Positions 37,732 to 49,391 of a stretch of 64,000 nucleotides of DNA are shown here, one piece after another (position 1 is the first letter of the stretch; the number at the start of each line of letters is the position of its first letter). This stretch comes from an uncultured Bacteroidales bacterium (GTDB lineage Bacteria; Bacteroidota; Bacteroidia; Bacteroidales; FEN-979), in contig CAJBYO010000029.1 of NCBI GenBank assembly GCA_903959905.1, positions 78,972 to 142,971 on the forward strand, read 5' to 3'. The position numbers were made by a program, and so were the translations under genes. The notes below the pieces were generated by a model. The model ran no database searches. It was not told the origin of the DNA and saw only the letters and a program-made list of their open reading frames with translations.

Positions 37732-39171
37732 ATGTCACGAATCACCGGTTTTATTTTATTTGCCTTATTCTTTTCAGCTGTTTCAGACTCGACTGTTTCC
37801 GGTCAAAAAACTGCGACTCTCCCACGTCCTAAAAATATAATCATTATGATTGGCGACGGGGTTGGCTACAATCACTACGCCGCCGCCAACTATTACCTTG
37901 GAACGGCCTCGCAGGTTCAGGAACGGTTTCCTGTAAGGCTTGCCATGGCCCACTCTCCGGCCAAAGCGGGTGAATATACAGCCGGGAACCCGGCTTCAAA
38001 CTATTATGTGCCGGGATATAATCCTGCAAAGGCATGGACCGATACAGCTTACCTGAAGCATAACTTCTCTGAGTCAGCCGCTGCTGCCACTGCCATGGCC
38101 ACCGGTGTAAAAACCTACAACGGATCAATTGGCATGTCTGTTGACCACGACAGCCTTGTAAACCTGGTACAATGGGCAAAGGCTGCTGGTAAATCTGCTG
38201 GTGTTGTAACAACAGTTGAATTTGCACATGCCACCCCGGCCGGTTTCGTGGCACATAACCTGTGGCGCGGCAACTACGCCCGGATTGCCGCTGAAATGCT
38301 CATCGACAGCCGCTGCGATGTGATCATGGGATGCGGCAACCCGATGTATGATAATAACGGTAACCCGGTGACAGGGAAATGGAACAATACAAAATATGTT
38401 GTTGACAGTGGCTTCTGGAGCCAATTTGTTGCTGGAAGCGGCAGCCGGGTGAGTTTTGAATTGAACGGAAAAATCAAGAAAGTACAGGATGTTGACGGGG
38501 ACAGGAAACCTGATTCGTGGACTGTTATTCATTCTGTTGATGATTTCAGGGCTCTGCAGTCGGGTAAAACCCCGAAAAGGGTACTTGGCTGTCCGGAAGT
38601 ATTTGAAACGCTGCAGCAGGAACGAACCGGTCAGCAGGGAGAGACCATGGATTCCGAACCGTATACAACACCGTTCAATAAGTCAGTACCCACCCTGCCA
38701 GAGATGATCGGAGGCGCACTGAACGTGCTTGACAACAATCCGAAGGGTTTCTTTGTGATGATTGAAGGCGGGGCGCCCGACTGGGCATCGCATTCAAACC
38801 AGAAAGGCCGGCTTATTGAAGAGTTGACCGGTTTTTTCGATGGTGTAAACACGGTGATTGACTGGGTAGATAAAAACAGCAGCTGGGACGAAACCCTGCT
38901 GGTTGTTACCGGTGACCATGAAACTGGTTTTCTGTGGGGATCACAACCGTTTATCCCGATAACTGACAACGGAAAAGGAAAACTCCCGGGGATGGTCTTT
39001 TTCACCAAAGAACATTCAAACTCGCTTGTGCCGTTTTTTGCCAGGGGAGCAGGAAGCGAGCTCTTTAATAATGATGCGGATGAGCATGACAGTATCCGGG
39101 GCCCGTTTATTCAGAACACGGAAATCGCCCAGCTTATCCACTTCCTGTGGCCGAATAAAACAAAACACTGA
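37732..39171 (+). CDS. Alkaline phosphatase
   Basis: NIIIMIGDG, ESAAAATA (catalytic Ser), HATPA, MIEGG.PDWASH and VTGDHETG motifs. Confidence 0.92.
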   Translation: MSRITGFILFALFFSAVSDSTVSGQKTATLPRPKNIIIMIGDGVGYNHYAAANYYLGTASQVQERFPVRLAMAHSPAKAGEYTAGNPASNYYVPGYNPAKAWTDTAYLKHNFSESAAAATAMATGVKTYNGSIGMSVDHDSLVNLVQWAKAAGKSAGVVTTVEFAHATPAGFVAHNLWRGNYARIAAEMLIDSRCDVIMGCGNPMYDNNGNPVTGKWNNTKYVVDSGFWSQFVAGSGSRVSFELNGKIKKVQDVDGDRKPDSWTVIHSVDDFRALQSGKTPKRVLGCPEVFETLQQERTGQQGETMDSEPYTTPFNKSVPTLPEMIGGALNVLDNNPKGFFVMIEGGAPDWASHSNQKGRLIEELTGFFDGVNTVIDWVDKNSSWDETLLVVTGDHETGFLWGSQPFIPITDNGKGKLPGMVFFTKEHSNSLVPFFARGAGSELFNNDADEHDSIRGPFIQNTEIAQLIHFLWPNKTKH

Positions 39172-39247
39172 CAACAGAAAGATTACCCGGTCAATGCTGA
39201 GTGAACTTCCTCATTATTCCATTCCGGTCAGCAAGTGGTTAAGACGG

Positions 39248-40684
39248 TTATTGAGTGACCGTGGCCCTTTTCACACCCTGGTAATTGATCCTGCCTGATG
39301 CGCCCAGGAACCTGATCAGCGCTTCTGCGGTGGTGACGGTAGCTGTTATTCCGGGGTCTTTGTGGTCAAATTTGTAGGTGCTTGCCATGTAGCTGTTCAT
39401 GGCAACAGCGTATTCCATCCCGGGGAGGAGTGGTTTGCCTTTTCTGTCGAACATGTCCACCCGTTTACATTTTTTTGTGCCGTCGTCGGTGAGTTTGTAA
39501 GTCATGCCTGATACCTGCAGGTCAATCTGCTTTTCATGCTGATAACCGTAGCAAATGAGGGAGCTGATCTCCTCTGTAGTCATCGAAAGGATGACCACCT
39601 GGTTGTTGAAGGGGTCGAGTTTGTAAACATCCTTCAGGGTAATGGGGCCTTCGGCCAGTGAAGGAACACGAATACCACCCCGGTTCTGGAAGGCAAAGTC
39701 GATCCCAAGCTGGCTCGTGATGGCATCGGCCATCAGGCTGCCAAGTTCGTCTTCACCCTCTATTGGTTTTTCAGCATTCCCAACCACTTTGCTGAATTCC
39801 TGGTTGTTGTTATAGATGTCAATCAGTGCCCTGATACTCTGCTTTTCATTTTTCAGCGTTCCAAGCGGGATCACCTCATCGTTGCGGCTCAGAATTTTGC
39901 CCTCCTTCAGTAAAAGGGTCGTTTTGCCAACATATTTCATGTGTGCTCCGGCCTGCACAATCATCACCCCATTTTCAAATTTCGGTTGTTCAAGCAGGGT
40001 GTGGGAGTGGCCCCCGATGATCACATCAAACTCAGGCATGGAGTCGGCAAGCCTGATATCATCATTCACACCAAGATGAGAGAGTGCGATGAATATCGTG
40101 TTTTCCTTTTTCAGCCATTTGTAATCCTTTGCCCTGGTGAGACCCGAGGTAAATGAAACGTCTTTCAGGTTCGACGGGTGTGTGCTTGGTAACCCGTTGT
40201 CGTCAAGCTGAATGAGCCCCAGCAAGGCAATTGTCACAGCGTCGCCCGCTTTCAAAACAGTATATGGTTTGAGCTGGCCGACTTTGGCGGCGCTTCCATC
40301 CGCATTGGCGCATAGGAAAGGAAACGTTGCCTGAAGCATACGCTTATTGAGAAGGGTTTGTCCCATATCAAATTCATGGTTCCCAAGGGCGCTCGCCTCA
40401 AAACCGCAATTGTTCATCAGGTCAATCATCGGATAACCTTTATCAGGAACCATGTCCACAACGGGGTTGCCTGTAAAGTTATCTCCGGCAGAAACAAGGA
40501 ACACAAACGGATGGTAATTCTTCAGACTGTCAGCCAGGTATGCAAGTCTGGCCATGTTGTCGATCTTGGAATGCATGTCGTTGGTGTGGAGGAGGATGAT
40601 CTCAGTTTGTTTTGACTGGGGGAAGGCAAAAACGGACGATAAAATGAGCATCGCTGCCAGGAGAAAACGGTGTGCCTTGTTCAT
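39248..40684 (-). CDS. Bifunctional metallophosphatase/5'-nucleotidase
   Basis: HTNDMH, AGD, GNHEFD, LSHLG, GGHSH and N.GGIR motifs. Confidence 0.92.
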   Translation of the reverse strand: MNKAHRFLLAAMLILSSVFAFPQSKQTEIILLHTNDMHSKIDNMARLAYLADSLKNYHPFVFLVSAGDNFTGNPVVDMVPDKGYPMIDLMNNCGFEASALGNHEFDMGQTLLNKRMLQATFPFLCANADGSAAKVGQLKPYTVLKAGDAVTIALLGLIQLDDNGLPSTHPSNLKDVSFTSGLTRAKDYKWLKKENTIFIALSHLGVNDDIRLADSMPEFDVIIGGHSHTLLEQPKFENGVMIVQAGAHMKYVGKTTLLLKEGKILSRNDEVIPLGTLKNEKQSIRALIDIYNNNQEFSKVVGNAEKPIEGEDELGSLMADAITSQLGIDFAFQNRGGIRVPSLAEGPITLKDVYKLDPFNNQVVILSMTTEEISSLICYGYQHEKQIDLQVSGMTYKLTDDGTKKCKRVDMFDRKGKPLLPGMEYAVAMNSYMASTYKFDHKDPGITATVTTAEALIRFLGASGRINYQGVKRATVTQ

Positions 40685-40733
40685 GCAATTTTTTTTGTAA
40701 AAGTACAAAACACCGGTGAATTAAAGAACTGAA

Positions 40734-40764
40734 ACAGCCGCTATGAATAATCAATAGCGGCTGT
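40734..40764 (-). terminator. Hairpin, probable terminator
   Basis: ACAGCCGCTAT-N9-ATAGCGGCTGT. Confidence 0.55.
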
Positions 40765-41225
40765 CAGCAATGCAACATTTAACCAAAAAAAACTATCTTT
40801 CGCACACGAAGGTGCCATCCTCTTTGAGCCTTACGTCTTTTTTCAGGCGGTTGAGGGTGATATAAACGATATGATGGATGCTGTTATCAGTTTCATGGTA
40901 GTTTGTAATTAGTTTTACCTGTTTCTTCGCATTTTGGCTGTGTGTCCTACTTGATGAAAAACGGAGGAAGGAAGTACAGGCGTGCTATATGAACAATTTT
41001 GTTATTTGACATTTTGTCTCACCGGGTATACAACGATAAAAAGTGTTTGCAAAGTGGTGATTTCGGTAATTAGACTCCAAAATAATCTTCAGGTTGCCTG
41101 TAGAACGATTTTTTTTGCATAAAATCAATTAGACGGGATCGTGGGCGGAAATTTACACAATCAGGCGCCTCACCATGTTTGATCGCAACGATTTTCGTTG
41201 TAATTCTGATTCTGATAACCAATAT

Positions 41226-41318
41226 AATGGAACGCAGATGACGCTGATTGGACGGATAAACACTGTTTTTTTTAATCAGTGAAAATCTGTCGCATCAGTG
41301 CCATCAGTGTTCTGTTTT
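41226..41318. repeat. Hairpin element, family B, second copy
   Basis: GAACGCAGATGACGCTGATTGGACGGATAAACAC resembles the reverse complement of 8260-8302 (GAACACAGATGACACTGATCCGACGGATAAACAC). Confidence 0.85.
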
Positions 41319-41442
41319 GAAGCTGAAGCATCCAAATCTTTACACGTTACTGTGGTATGCATCTGACCAATCAAATCGCTGTTGAATAACAGAGAATCAC
41401 CGGAAATCTGCCCACCTCGTGAAAATGCATTATTTTTGCCTC

Positions 41443-41856
41443 ATGATGACACTTCCTGATGGACGGGATTTTTCCGGTGAATTCAATTACAGTGCTTCGC
41501 GCAGCAGCGGTCCCGGGGGCCAGCATGTGAACAAGGTGAGCACGCGGATGGAACTGCGGTTCCATGTTGGTTCATCCGCTTTACTTACAGATGACGAAAA
41601 ACTGTTAATTGCGGAAAAACTTGCCAACAGGATCAATGCCGCCGGGGAACTGGTGCTGGTTTGCCAGACGGAACGGTCGCAGGTTCAGAACAGGGAGAAG
41701 GTTACGGAGAAGTTCTATGATCTGCTGGTCCGTGCACTGACACCCCGGAAGAAACGCACGCCCACCCGGCCTTCCAGGGCATCAAAAGAGGAGCGGCTTG
41801 AGTTGAAACGCCAGCAATCGGAGAAAAAAGAGAGACGGAGAACACTGAAATCATGA
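41443..41856 (+). CDS. arfB: Alternative ribosome rescue factor B
   Basis: SRSSGPGGQHVNK, ERSQ..NR and a basic C-terminal tail. Confidence 0.93.
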   Translation: MMTLPDGRDFSGEFNYSASRSSGPGGQHVNKVSTRMELRFHVGSSALLTDDEKLLIAEKLANRINAAGELVLVCQTERSQVQNREKVTEKFYDLLVRALTPRKKRTPTRPSRASKEERLELKRQQSEKKERRRTLKS

Positions 41857-43316
41857 AATTATTCAGCCGGAATACTGTTTTACTTGCAATCGCCCTGATC
41901 AGCCTGGTGATGCACTTCCCCCATTTCTCCAAAGACCTGGTGAGCATTCATGTTTGGAGGCAGACAGAAACACAGTCGACCATTGTTAATTTTTACGAAG
42001 AGGATATGAATATCCTCAACCCGACGCGGAATGAGCGCGGGAGCGGCGACGGGATATTCCGGATGGAGTTCCCGCTGATGCAATGGATGGTGGCGGCGAC
42101 TTACACAGTATTTGGCAACCACCTGGTCATCACCAGGATATTCATGTTTGTAATCGGGCTTTTTTCGATCGCCGGCATGTACCTGCTGCTTCGTGCCTTA
42201 TCGGCGAATGAAACGATGGCCCTTGCAGGTGCCTGGGCGTTCAATTTCTCTCCAAGCTTTTACTATTACACCATCAACCCGCTCCCGGATAACCTTGCGC
42301 TATGCTGTTCCATCTGGGGGCTGGCCATGTTCTTCACGTTTATCGGAAATAAAAAGACCCTGACTTTGCTGATGGGCGGGCTGTTTCTGAGTATTGGTGC
42401 CCTTTGCAAACTGCCGTTCATTTTATACTTTATTGCTCCCATGTCGTGGTTCGTGCTCCGGTTGTATAAGGACGGTGTCAAATGGGATTATGTGAATAAA
42501 TTGATGATGGTTTCCTTATACCTGCTGCCTCCGCTGGCCTGGTACCTGTCGGTGGTGCCGCAATGGGACGTGAGGGGAATTGTAAACGGGATGTTCAAAA
42601 ACGACTTGCCGGTGGCTACCGTGCTGGGTTATCTCCGCTTCAACCTCATCTCCACACTGCCTGAACTGCTTCTTAATTACGGGTCGCTGTTGTTCTTCCT
42701 TGCCGGGTTTTATTTCATGGTTAAAAACAAAGCAATCAGCAAGCCCGCTTTTCCTGTCCTTGCCCTCCTGGGACTGACTGTTATTGCCTATTTTCTTTTT
42801 GAATTGAACATGATAGGCAATGTTCATGATTACTACCTCTTTCCTTTCATGCCGCTGCTGTTTATCCTGGTTGGATATGGAGCTGCAAACCTGCTTGGCC
42901 AACAGCAAAAGGGCATCAGGTATGTTGCCATTGCCTTGCTGATGATACTCCCTGTAACGGCTTACATCAGGATGGTGGTGCGGTGGAATGTGGATGAACC
43001 GGGGTTCAACAAAGATCTTCTGACCTATAAGCAGGACTTGCGGGCCGCCGTACCAAAGAGTGATCTGTGTATTGTGGGGAATGATGATTCTCACCATATT
43101 TTCTTTTATTATGTTGACAAGAAAGGGTGGGGATTTGCCCATGATGACCTTACAGCCGCGAATCTGTCGGGGATGATTGATGGAGGGGCGCGATATCTTT
43201 ATTCCGACTCCAGGATTATTGACGGTGATACGGCTGTTTCAAAGTATTTTAACCGTATGATCCTGGAAAGAGGGTCGGTTCGAGTTTTCAGTTTGAAAAA
43301 GGAGACTGTAAAATGA
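41853..43316 (+). CDS. ArnT/PMT-like (GT-C) membrane glycosyltransferase
   Basis: HVWRQ, MEFPL and HDYY motifs; many TM helices. Confidence 0.75.
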   Translation: MKLFSRNTVLLAIALISLVMHFPHFSKDLVSIHVWRQTETQSTIVNFYEEDMNILNPTRNERGSGDGIFRMEFPLMQWMVAATYTVFGNHLVITRIFMFVIGLFSIAGMYLLLRALSANETMALAGAWAFNFSPSFYYYTINPLPDNLALCCSIWGLAMFFTFIGNKKTLTLLMGGLFLSIGALCKLPFILYFIAPMSWFVLRLYKDGVKWDYVNKLMMVSLYLLPPLAWYLSVVPQWDVRGIVNGMFKNDLPVATVLGYLRFNLISTLPELLLNYGSLLFFLAGFYFMVKNKAISKPAFPVLALLGLTVIAYFLFELNMIGNVHDYYLFPFMPLLFILVGYGAANLLGQQQKGIRYVAIALLMILPVTAYIRMVVRWNVDEPGFNKDLLTYKQDLRAAVPKSDLCIVGNDDSHHIFFYYVDKKGWGFAHDDLTAANLSGMIDGGARYLYSDSRIIDGDTAVSKYFNRMILERGSVRVFSLKKETVK

Positions 43317-44134
43317 ATGTTCCGTTTGAAATAATGTATATATCCAGGGAAGTGGTTGACCAGATCCTGATGAATCCCACCTCACCACACAGGCACGACC
43401 ATGAAGAGCTGATCATTGTAACACACGGGCATCCCACGCACTTTGTTGATTTTAGTTCGGAATTGCTTGAGCCGCCTGTGATTATATATGTGGCACATGG
43501 CAAGGTGCACAGTTTTGTTCCGGATGAGGAGACCAAGGGTTGGGTCATCCGGTATACGAGCAATTTCATTCCGCAAAGCGCCTTCAATTTTTACTCCACC
43601 TTCATTGATGATGTGAACTACCGGATTGACACTGATTTCTGCGGTTCTACGATGCATAACCTGTGTGAGATCATGTTGCGGGAAAGCCAGGTTGACCCTC
43701 CTGACTACAAGATGATCAGCCACCTGCTGAATGCCATGCTTACCAAGCTTGAATCTGCAACCAGGAAGCAGTTCCTGGGTGATAATATGGCTGGCAATGC
43801 ACAGTTGATCACCTTCAACAACTTTCTGCAGATCCTGGAATATAATTTCAAGAGGCCTGTCGGGGTTGACTTTTATGCTGACAAGCTCAATATGTCGTCG
43901 AGAAACCTGAACCTGATCAGCCAGTCAGTTTTTGGCAAAAGCATTACGGAGATCATTGAAACGAGAAAGCTGATTGAAGCCAGGCATCTCCTGCTAAATT
44001 CGGATAAAACTGTTTCAGAGATCGGGTTTGAGCTCGGATACAATGAGAAGTCCTACTTTTCCCGCGTCTTTCATAAAAAAACAGGCACCACACCCACGGC
44101 ATTCCGCCAGCAGTTCCCTGCACTCATTTCCTGA
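43313..44134 (+). CDS. AraC-family transcriptional regulator
   Basis: PHRHD cupin; C-terminal SEIGFELGYNEKSYFSRVF.K.TG.TP. Confidence 0.93.
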   Translation: MNVPFEIMYISREVVDQILMNPTSPHRHDHEELIIVTHGHPTHFVDFSSELLEPPVIIYVAHGKVHSFVPDEETKGWVIRYTSNFIPQSAFNFYSTFIDDVNYRIDTDFCGSTMHNLCEIMLRESQVDPPDYKMISHLLNAMLTKLESATRKQFLGDNMAGNAQLITFNNFLQILEYNFKRPVGVDFYADKLNMSSRNLNLISQSVFGKSITEIIETRKLIEARHLLLNSDKTVSEIGFELGYNEKSYFSRVFHKKTGTTPTAFRQQFPALIS

Positions 44135-44207
44135 TTGTACCACCACTCTTCCTGAAAGTGTAACCCCCGGCGGCAAAATGGGTGGTAATTTTGCGGCATT
44201 GAAATTA

Positions 44208-44248
44208 CCTCATCCCCCTGACCCCTTCTCCCCGGGGAGAAGGGGGAA
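44208..44248 (+). repeat. C/G-rich REP-like hairpin, copy 1
   Basis: CCTCATCCCCCTGACCCCTTCTCCCCGGGGAGAAGGGGGAA. Confidence 0.8.
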
Positions 44249-44339
44249 CAGACTCCCCCTGAGACAAGGAGGTATTTAACATGAAAACTATAGCTAAGTA
44301 ATTATTAAACAAACAATCAAATTAAAATCTGAATTAATT

Positions 44340-44927
44340 ATGAAAACAAAAATCATTGCCTTATTATTTTTAGCGCAGGTAGCAGCAGTATCTGCTTTTT
44401 CACAGACATTTACCGTTGATGCATCAAAATCAACCCTGAACTGGAAAGCGGAAAAGATCACCGGTTTTCACGAAGGAACCATCAGCATCAAGTCAGGTTC
44501 TCTGAAAGTTGACAAGGACAAAGTAACAGCCGGAACATTTGCAATCAACATGACCACCATCGTGAACACAGACATGACAGATGCAGAATACAACAAGAAA
44601 CTGGTTGGTCACCTGAGTTCACCTGATTTTTTTGACGTGGCCAAATTTCCTGAGGCTGTTTTCACACTGGCCAAGCCGATAGACCTGACCAAGGCTGTAA
44701 CGGAAGTAAGTGGCAAACTTACCATCAAAGGAATTTCAAAACCACTGACATTCAAGGCTGTCATTAACAAGGATGGCAATTCCTATGTCTTCAACGCCAA
44801 CAGCATCGTGGTTGACCGCACGGCATACAGCATCAAATACGGTTCAGGATCATTCTTCAGCGACCTTGGCGACAAAGTGATCTACGATGAGTTTACACTC
44901 AAACTGAAACTGGTTGTTACCCAGTAA
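44340..44927 (+). CDS. YceI-family protein
   Basis: S.LNW...K..G.H.G, LVGHL.S.DFFDV.KFP.A and GKLTIKG motifs. Confidence 0.92.
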   Translation: MKTKIIALLFLAQVAAVSAFSQTFTVDASKSTLNWKAEKITGFHEGTISIKSGSLKVDKDKVTAGTFAINMTTIVNTDMTDAEYNKKLVGHLSSPDFFDVAKFPEAVFTLAKPIDLTKAVTEVSGKLTIKGISKPLTFKAVINKDGNSYVFNANSIVVDRTAYSIKYGSGSFFSDLGDKVIYDEFTLKLKLVVTQ

Positions 44928-44933
44928 TCAAAC

Positions 44934-45818
44934 ATGAACAGAATGCAATTTCTAAAATCACTAGCGATACTACCCCTTACTACATCAGCCATGAGAATTA
45001 GTGAGTTAAGTAAGTTAACCTCAACGACAGAGGGTACCGGACAGATGCCGGTACTCTTTGTCGGTCATGGCAACCCGATGAACGCCATCGAAAACAATGA
45101 ATTTACAGGAGGATGGCGTAAGTCAGCAGAAAGCATGGAAAAGCCGTCAGCCATTCTGTGTATCTCGGCGCACTGGGAGACCAATGGTACCTTCGTTACC
45201 TCCATGGCCAAACCAAAAACCATCCATGACTTTGGTGGTTTTCCCCAGAAACTTTATGAATTTCAATATCCTGCGCCCGGAAACCCTGAACTGGCGGAGG
45301 AGGCAAAGTCGCTTGTGCCCGACGGGCGGGTTTCCCTTGATGATAAATGGGGCCTCGACCATGGAACCTGGAGCGTGCTCTGCCAGATGTACCCGGATGC
45401 CTCAATACCTGTGATACAATTAAGCCTTGATTATAACATGCCCGCCCAGGGCCATTACGACCTTGCAAAGGAGTTGACTTCTTTGCGCAAAAAAGGGGTG
45501 CTGATCATTGGCAGCGGCAACCTGGTGCATAACCTCCGCGAAGTTGACTGGAGCGGGAAGCATGAAAGTAAGGGGTTTGACTGGGCTATTGAGGCAAATG
45601 ACAAAATAAAATCGCTGATCATGGCCAATGACCATCAGCAACTCATCAATTACAAGAAATCAGGCACTGCGATGGGTATGGCTGTTCCCACCCCGGAACA
45701 TTACCTGCCACTGCTTTATGTGCTCGGATTGAAGCATGAAAGCGAAAAGGTGACATTTTTCAATGACAAGTCATTCATGGGGTCGCTTTCAATGACCTCG
45801 GTGTTGGTGGCGGGGTGA
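44934..45818 (+). CDS. ygiD: 4,5-DOPA extradiol dioxygenase-like (LigB family)
   Basis: FVGHGNPMNA, ISAHW, HDFGGFP, GLDHGTW, GSGNLVHNL and PTPEHYLP motifs. Confidence 0.9.
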   Translation: MNRMQFLKSLAILPLTTSAMRISELSKLTSTTEGTGQMPVLFVGHGNPMNAIENNEFTGGWRKSAESMEKPSAILCISAHWETNGTFVTSMAKPKTIHDFGGFPQKLYEFQYPAPGNPELAEEAKSLVPDGRVSLDDKWGLDHGTWSVLCQMYPDASIPVIQLSLDYNMPAQGHYDLAKELTSLRKKGVLIIGSGNLVHNLREVDWSGKHESKGFDWAIEANDKIKSLIMANDHQQLINYKKSGTAMGMAVPTPEHYLPLLYVLGLKHESEKVTFFNDKSFMGSLSMTSVLVAG

Positions 45819-45820
45819 GA

Positions 45821-45859
45821 CCCCATCTCCCGGCCCCTTCCCCAAAAAGGGAAGGGGAG
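45821..45859 (+). repeat. C/G-rich REP-like hairpin, copy 2
   Basis: CCCCATCTCCCGGCCCCTTCCCCAAAAAGGGAAGGGGAG. Confidence 0.8.
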
Positions 45860-45906
45860 GATAGGCGATCAATTTTGAAGTGGAAATTTTTATTGGATTC
45901 TCGCTT

Positions 45907-47550
45907 TTATCCTTTTATCGTCCGCTCCAGTTCCTTCAGGTTCTCCAGCTTTTTCTTCTGCAGGAAACTGTGAATGTCCCCCAGATGTTCCTTTACCCGT
46001 TTGTTCCCGAATTCAAAGACTTTGTTCACCAGTCCGTCGAGGAAATCACGGTCGTGCGATACCAGGATCAGGGTGCCGTCGTAATCCTGGAGGGCGCTTT
46101 TCAGGATGTCCTTTGTTTTGAGGTCGAGATGGTTGGTGGGCTCATCAAGGATCAGCAGGTTTACCGGGTCGAGGAGCAGTTTGATCATGGCCAGCCGGGT
46201 GCGTTCACCGCCCGAAAGGGTTTTCACTTTGTTGGATGACAGCTCTCCTCCGAACATGAAGGCACCGAGGATGTCCCTGATTTTGGCACGGATGTCGCCT
46301 TTTGCTGCGTCATCAATGGTTTGGAATACGGTAATTTCCTCGTCAAGTAACGATGCCTGGTTCTGGGCAAAGTAGCCGATCATGATGTTGTGGCCGAGGG
46401 TAAGCGTTCCCTGGTATCCTTTTTCGCCCATGATGGCCCTCACCAGCGTTGATTTGCCCGCGCCGTTTTTTCCCACAAATGCTACACGTTCGCCTCTTTC
46501 AATGCTGAGTGAAATATCGGAGAAGATGTTGTTTCCGTCGTAGCTTTTAGAAAGTTCACTAAGGATAAGCGGATAGCTCCCCGAGCGTGGCGATGGTGGA
46601 AATTTAAGCCGGAGGGCAGAGGTGTCCTCTTCGTCAATCTCAACCAATTCAAGCTTTTCCAGCATTTTTACCCGGGATTGAACCTGCAGTGTTTTACTGT
46701 ATGTTCCTTTGAAGCGTTCAATAAACTCCTGGTTTTCGGCGATCATCTTCTGCTGGTCGTCAAACTTTTTCTGCTGCTGCTGGCGGCGTTCAAGCCGCAG
46801 TTGCTGGTAGGTGGTATAATTCACCTTGTAGTCATAAATCCGGCCCATGGTCACCTCGATGGTGCGGGTGGTGATGTTGTCAACAAATGCCCTGTCGTGC
46901 GAGATCACGATCACGGCTTTGGCGCTGCTGATGAGAAACTCCTCCAGCCATTGCACCGATTCAATATCCATGTGGTTTGTTGGCTCATCAAGCAGGATGA
47001 GGTCGGGTTTCTGCAGCAGGATTTTGGCCAGTTCAATGCGCATGCGCCAGCCTCCGCTGAATTCGCCGGTGGGGCGGTTGAAATCGCTTCTTACAAATCC
47101 CAATCCGATCAGGATCTTTTCAATCTCTGCGTCGTAGTTGATGTCTTCAATGGAATAGAATTTCTCGCTCAGCAGGGATACTTCTTCAATGATCTTGTAG
47201 TAGTCGTCAGATTCATAATCGGTCCGCGTGGTGAGTTCATTGTTCAGCTCCTCAATCCTGTTTTTCATGTCATACACGGATGCAAATGCCTGTGATGCCT
47301 CTTCAAACACCGTGCGGCTGTCATTGGTCATCAGGTGCTGCGGCAGGTAGGCGATCACCGTGCCCTTGGGCGATGATACGCGCCCGCTTGTGGGTGGCCT
47401 TTCGCCTGCCAGGATCTTGAGGAGCGTTGATTTTCCTGCGCCGTTTTTGCCCATCAAGGCGATGCGGTCTTTTTCGTTAATGACAAACGAAACATTTTTA
47501 AAGAGTGTTGTTCCTCCGAATTCAACGGTAAGGCCGTCGGCTGCGATCAT
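45907..47550 (-). CDS. ABC-F family ATPase
   Basis: Two NBDs ([25 protein letters not shown]), no TM segments. Confidence 0.93.
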   Translation of the reverse strand: MIAADGLTVEFGGTTLFKNVSFVINEKDRIALMGKNGAGKSTLLKILAGERPPTSGRVSSPKGTVIAYLPQHLMTNDSRTVFEEASQAFASVYDMKNRIEELNNELTTRTDYESDDYYKIIEEVSLLSEKFYSIEDINYDAEIEKILIGLGFVRSDFNRPTGEFSGGWRMRIELAKILLQKPDLILLDEPTNHMDIESVQWLEEFLISSAKAVIVISHDRAFVDNITTRTIEVTMGRIYDYKVNYTTYQQLRLERRQQQQKKFDDQQKMIAENQEFIERFKGTYSKTLQVQSRVKMLEKLELVEIDEEDTSALRLKFPPSPRSGSYPLILSELSKSYDGNNIFSDISLSIERGERVAFVGKNGAGKSTLVRAIMGEKGYQGTLTLGHNIMIGYFAQNQASLLDEEITVFQTIDDAAKGDIRAKIRDILGAFMFGGELSSNKVKTLSGGERTRLAMIKLLLDPVNLLILDEPTNHLDLKTKDILKSALQDYDGTLILVSHDRDFLDGLVNKVFEFGNKRVKEHLGDIHSFLQKKKLENLKELERTIKG

Positions 47551-47574
47551 AGGGGCGGGGGAGATTAGAGGTTA

Positions 47575-47616
47575 GCGTGACGCGTGACGCGTGACACGTG
47601 ACGGGTAACGAGTCAC
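47575..47616 (+). repeat. (RCGTGAC) heptamer array, about 6 units
   Basis: gcgtgac gcgtgac gcgtgac acgtgac gggtaac gagtcac. Confidence 0.85.
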
Positions 47617-47641
47617 TCGTCGATTGTGTTTGATGATTTGA

Positions 47642-49252
<1,611 letters not shown>

Positions 49253-49346
49253 TTAATTTTATGTTTGTTATGTTTAATGGAAGATTGCCAGGAAAAAGTG
49301 TGCAAAGGTACAATAATTTTGCATACGAACCTCCTTTTCTCCCTAA

Positions 49347-49374
49347 AGTCATGCGCCACACGTCACGCGTCACG
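49347..49374 (-). repeat. Short GTGAC-family heptamer array (C-rich orientation)
   Basis: agtcatg cgccaca cgtcacg cgtcacg. Confidence 0.65.
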
Positions 49375-49391
49375 TTTTTCTCCAAACCTTT

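Noticed and set aside
44128-44165. AraC binding direct repeat (TTCCTGA twice, 21 nt apart) upstream of yceI
   Set aside because: Plausible but too short and degenerate to support by eye
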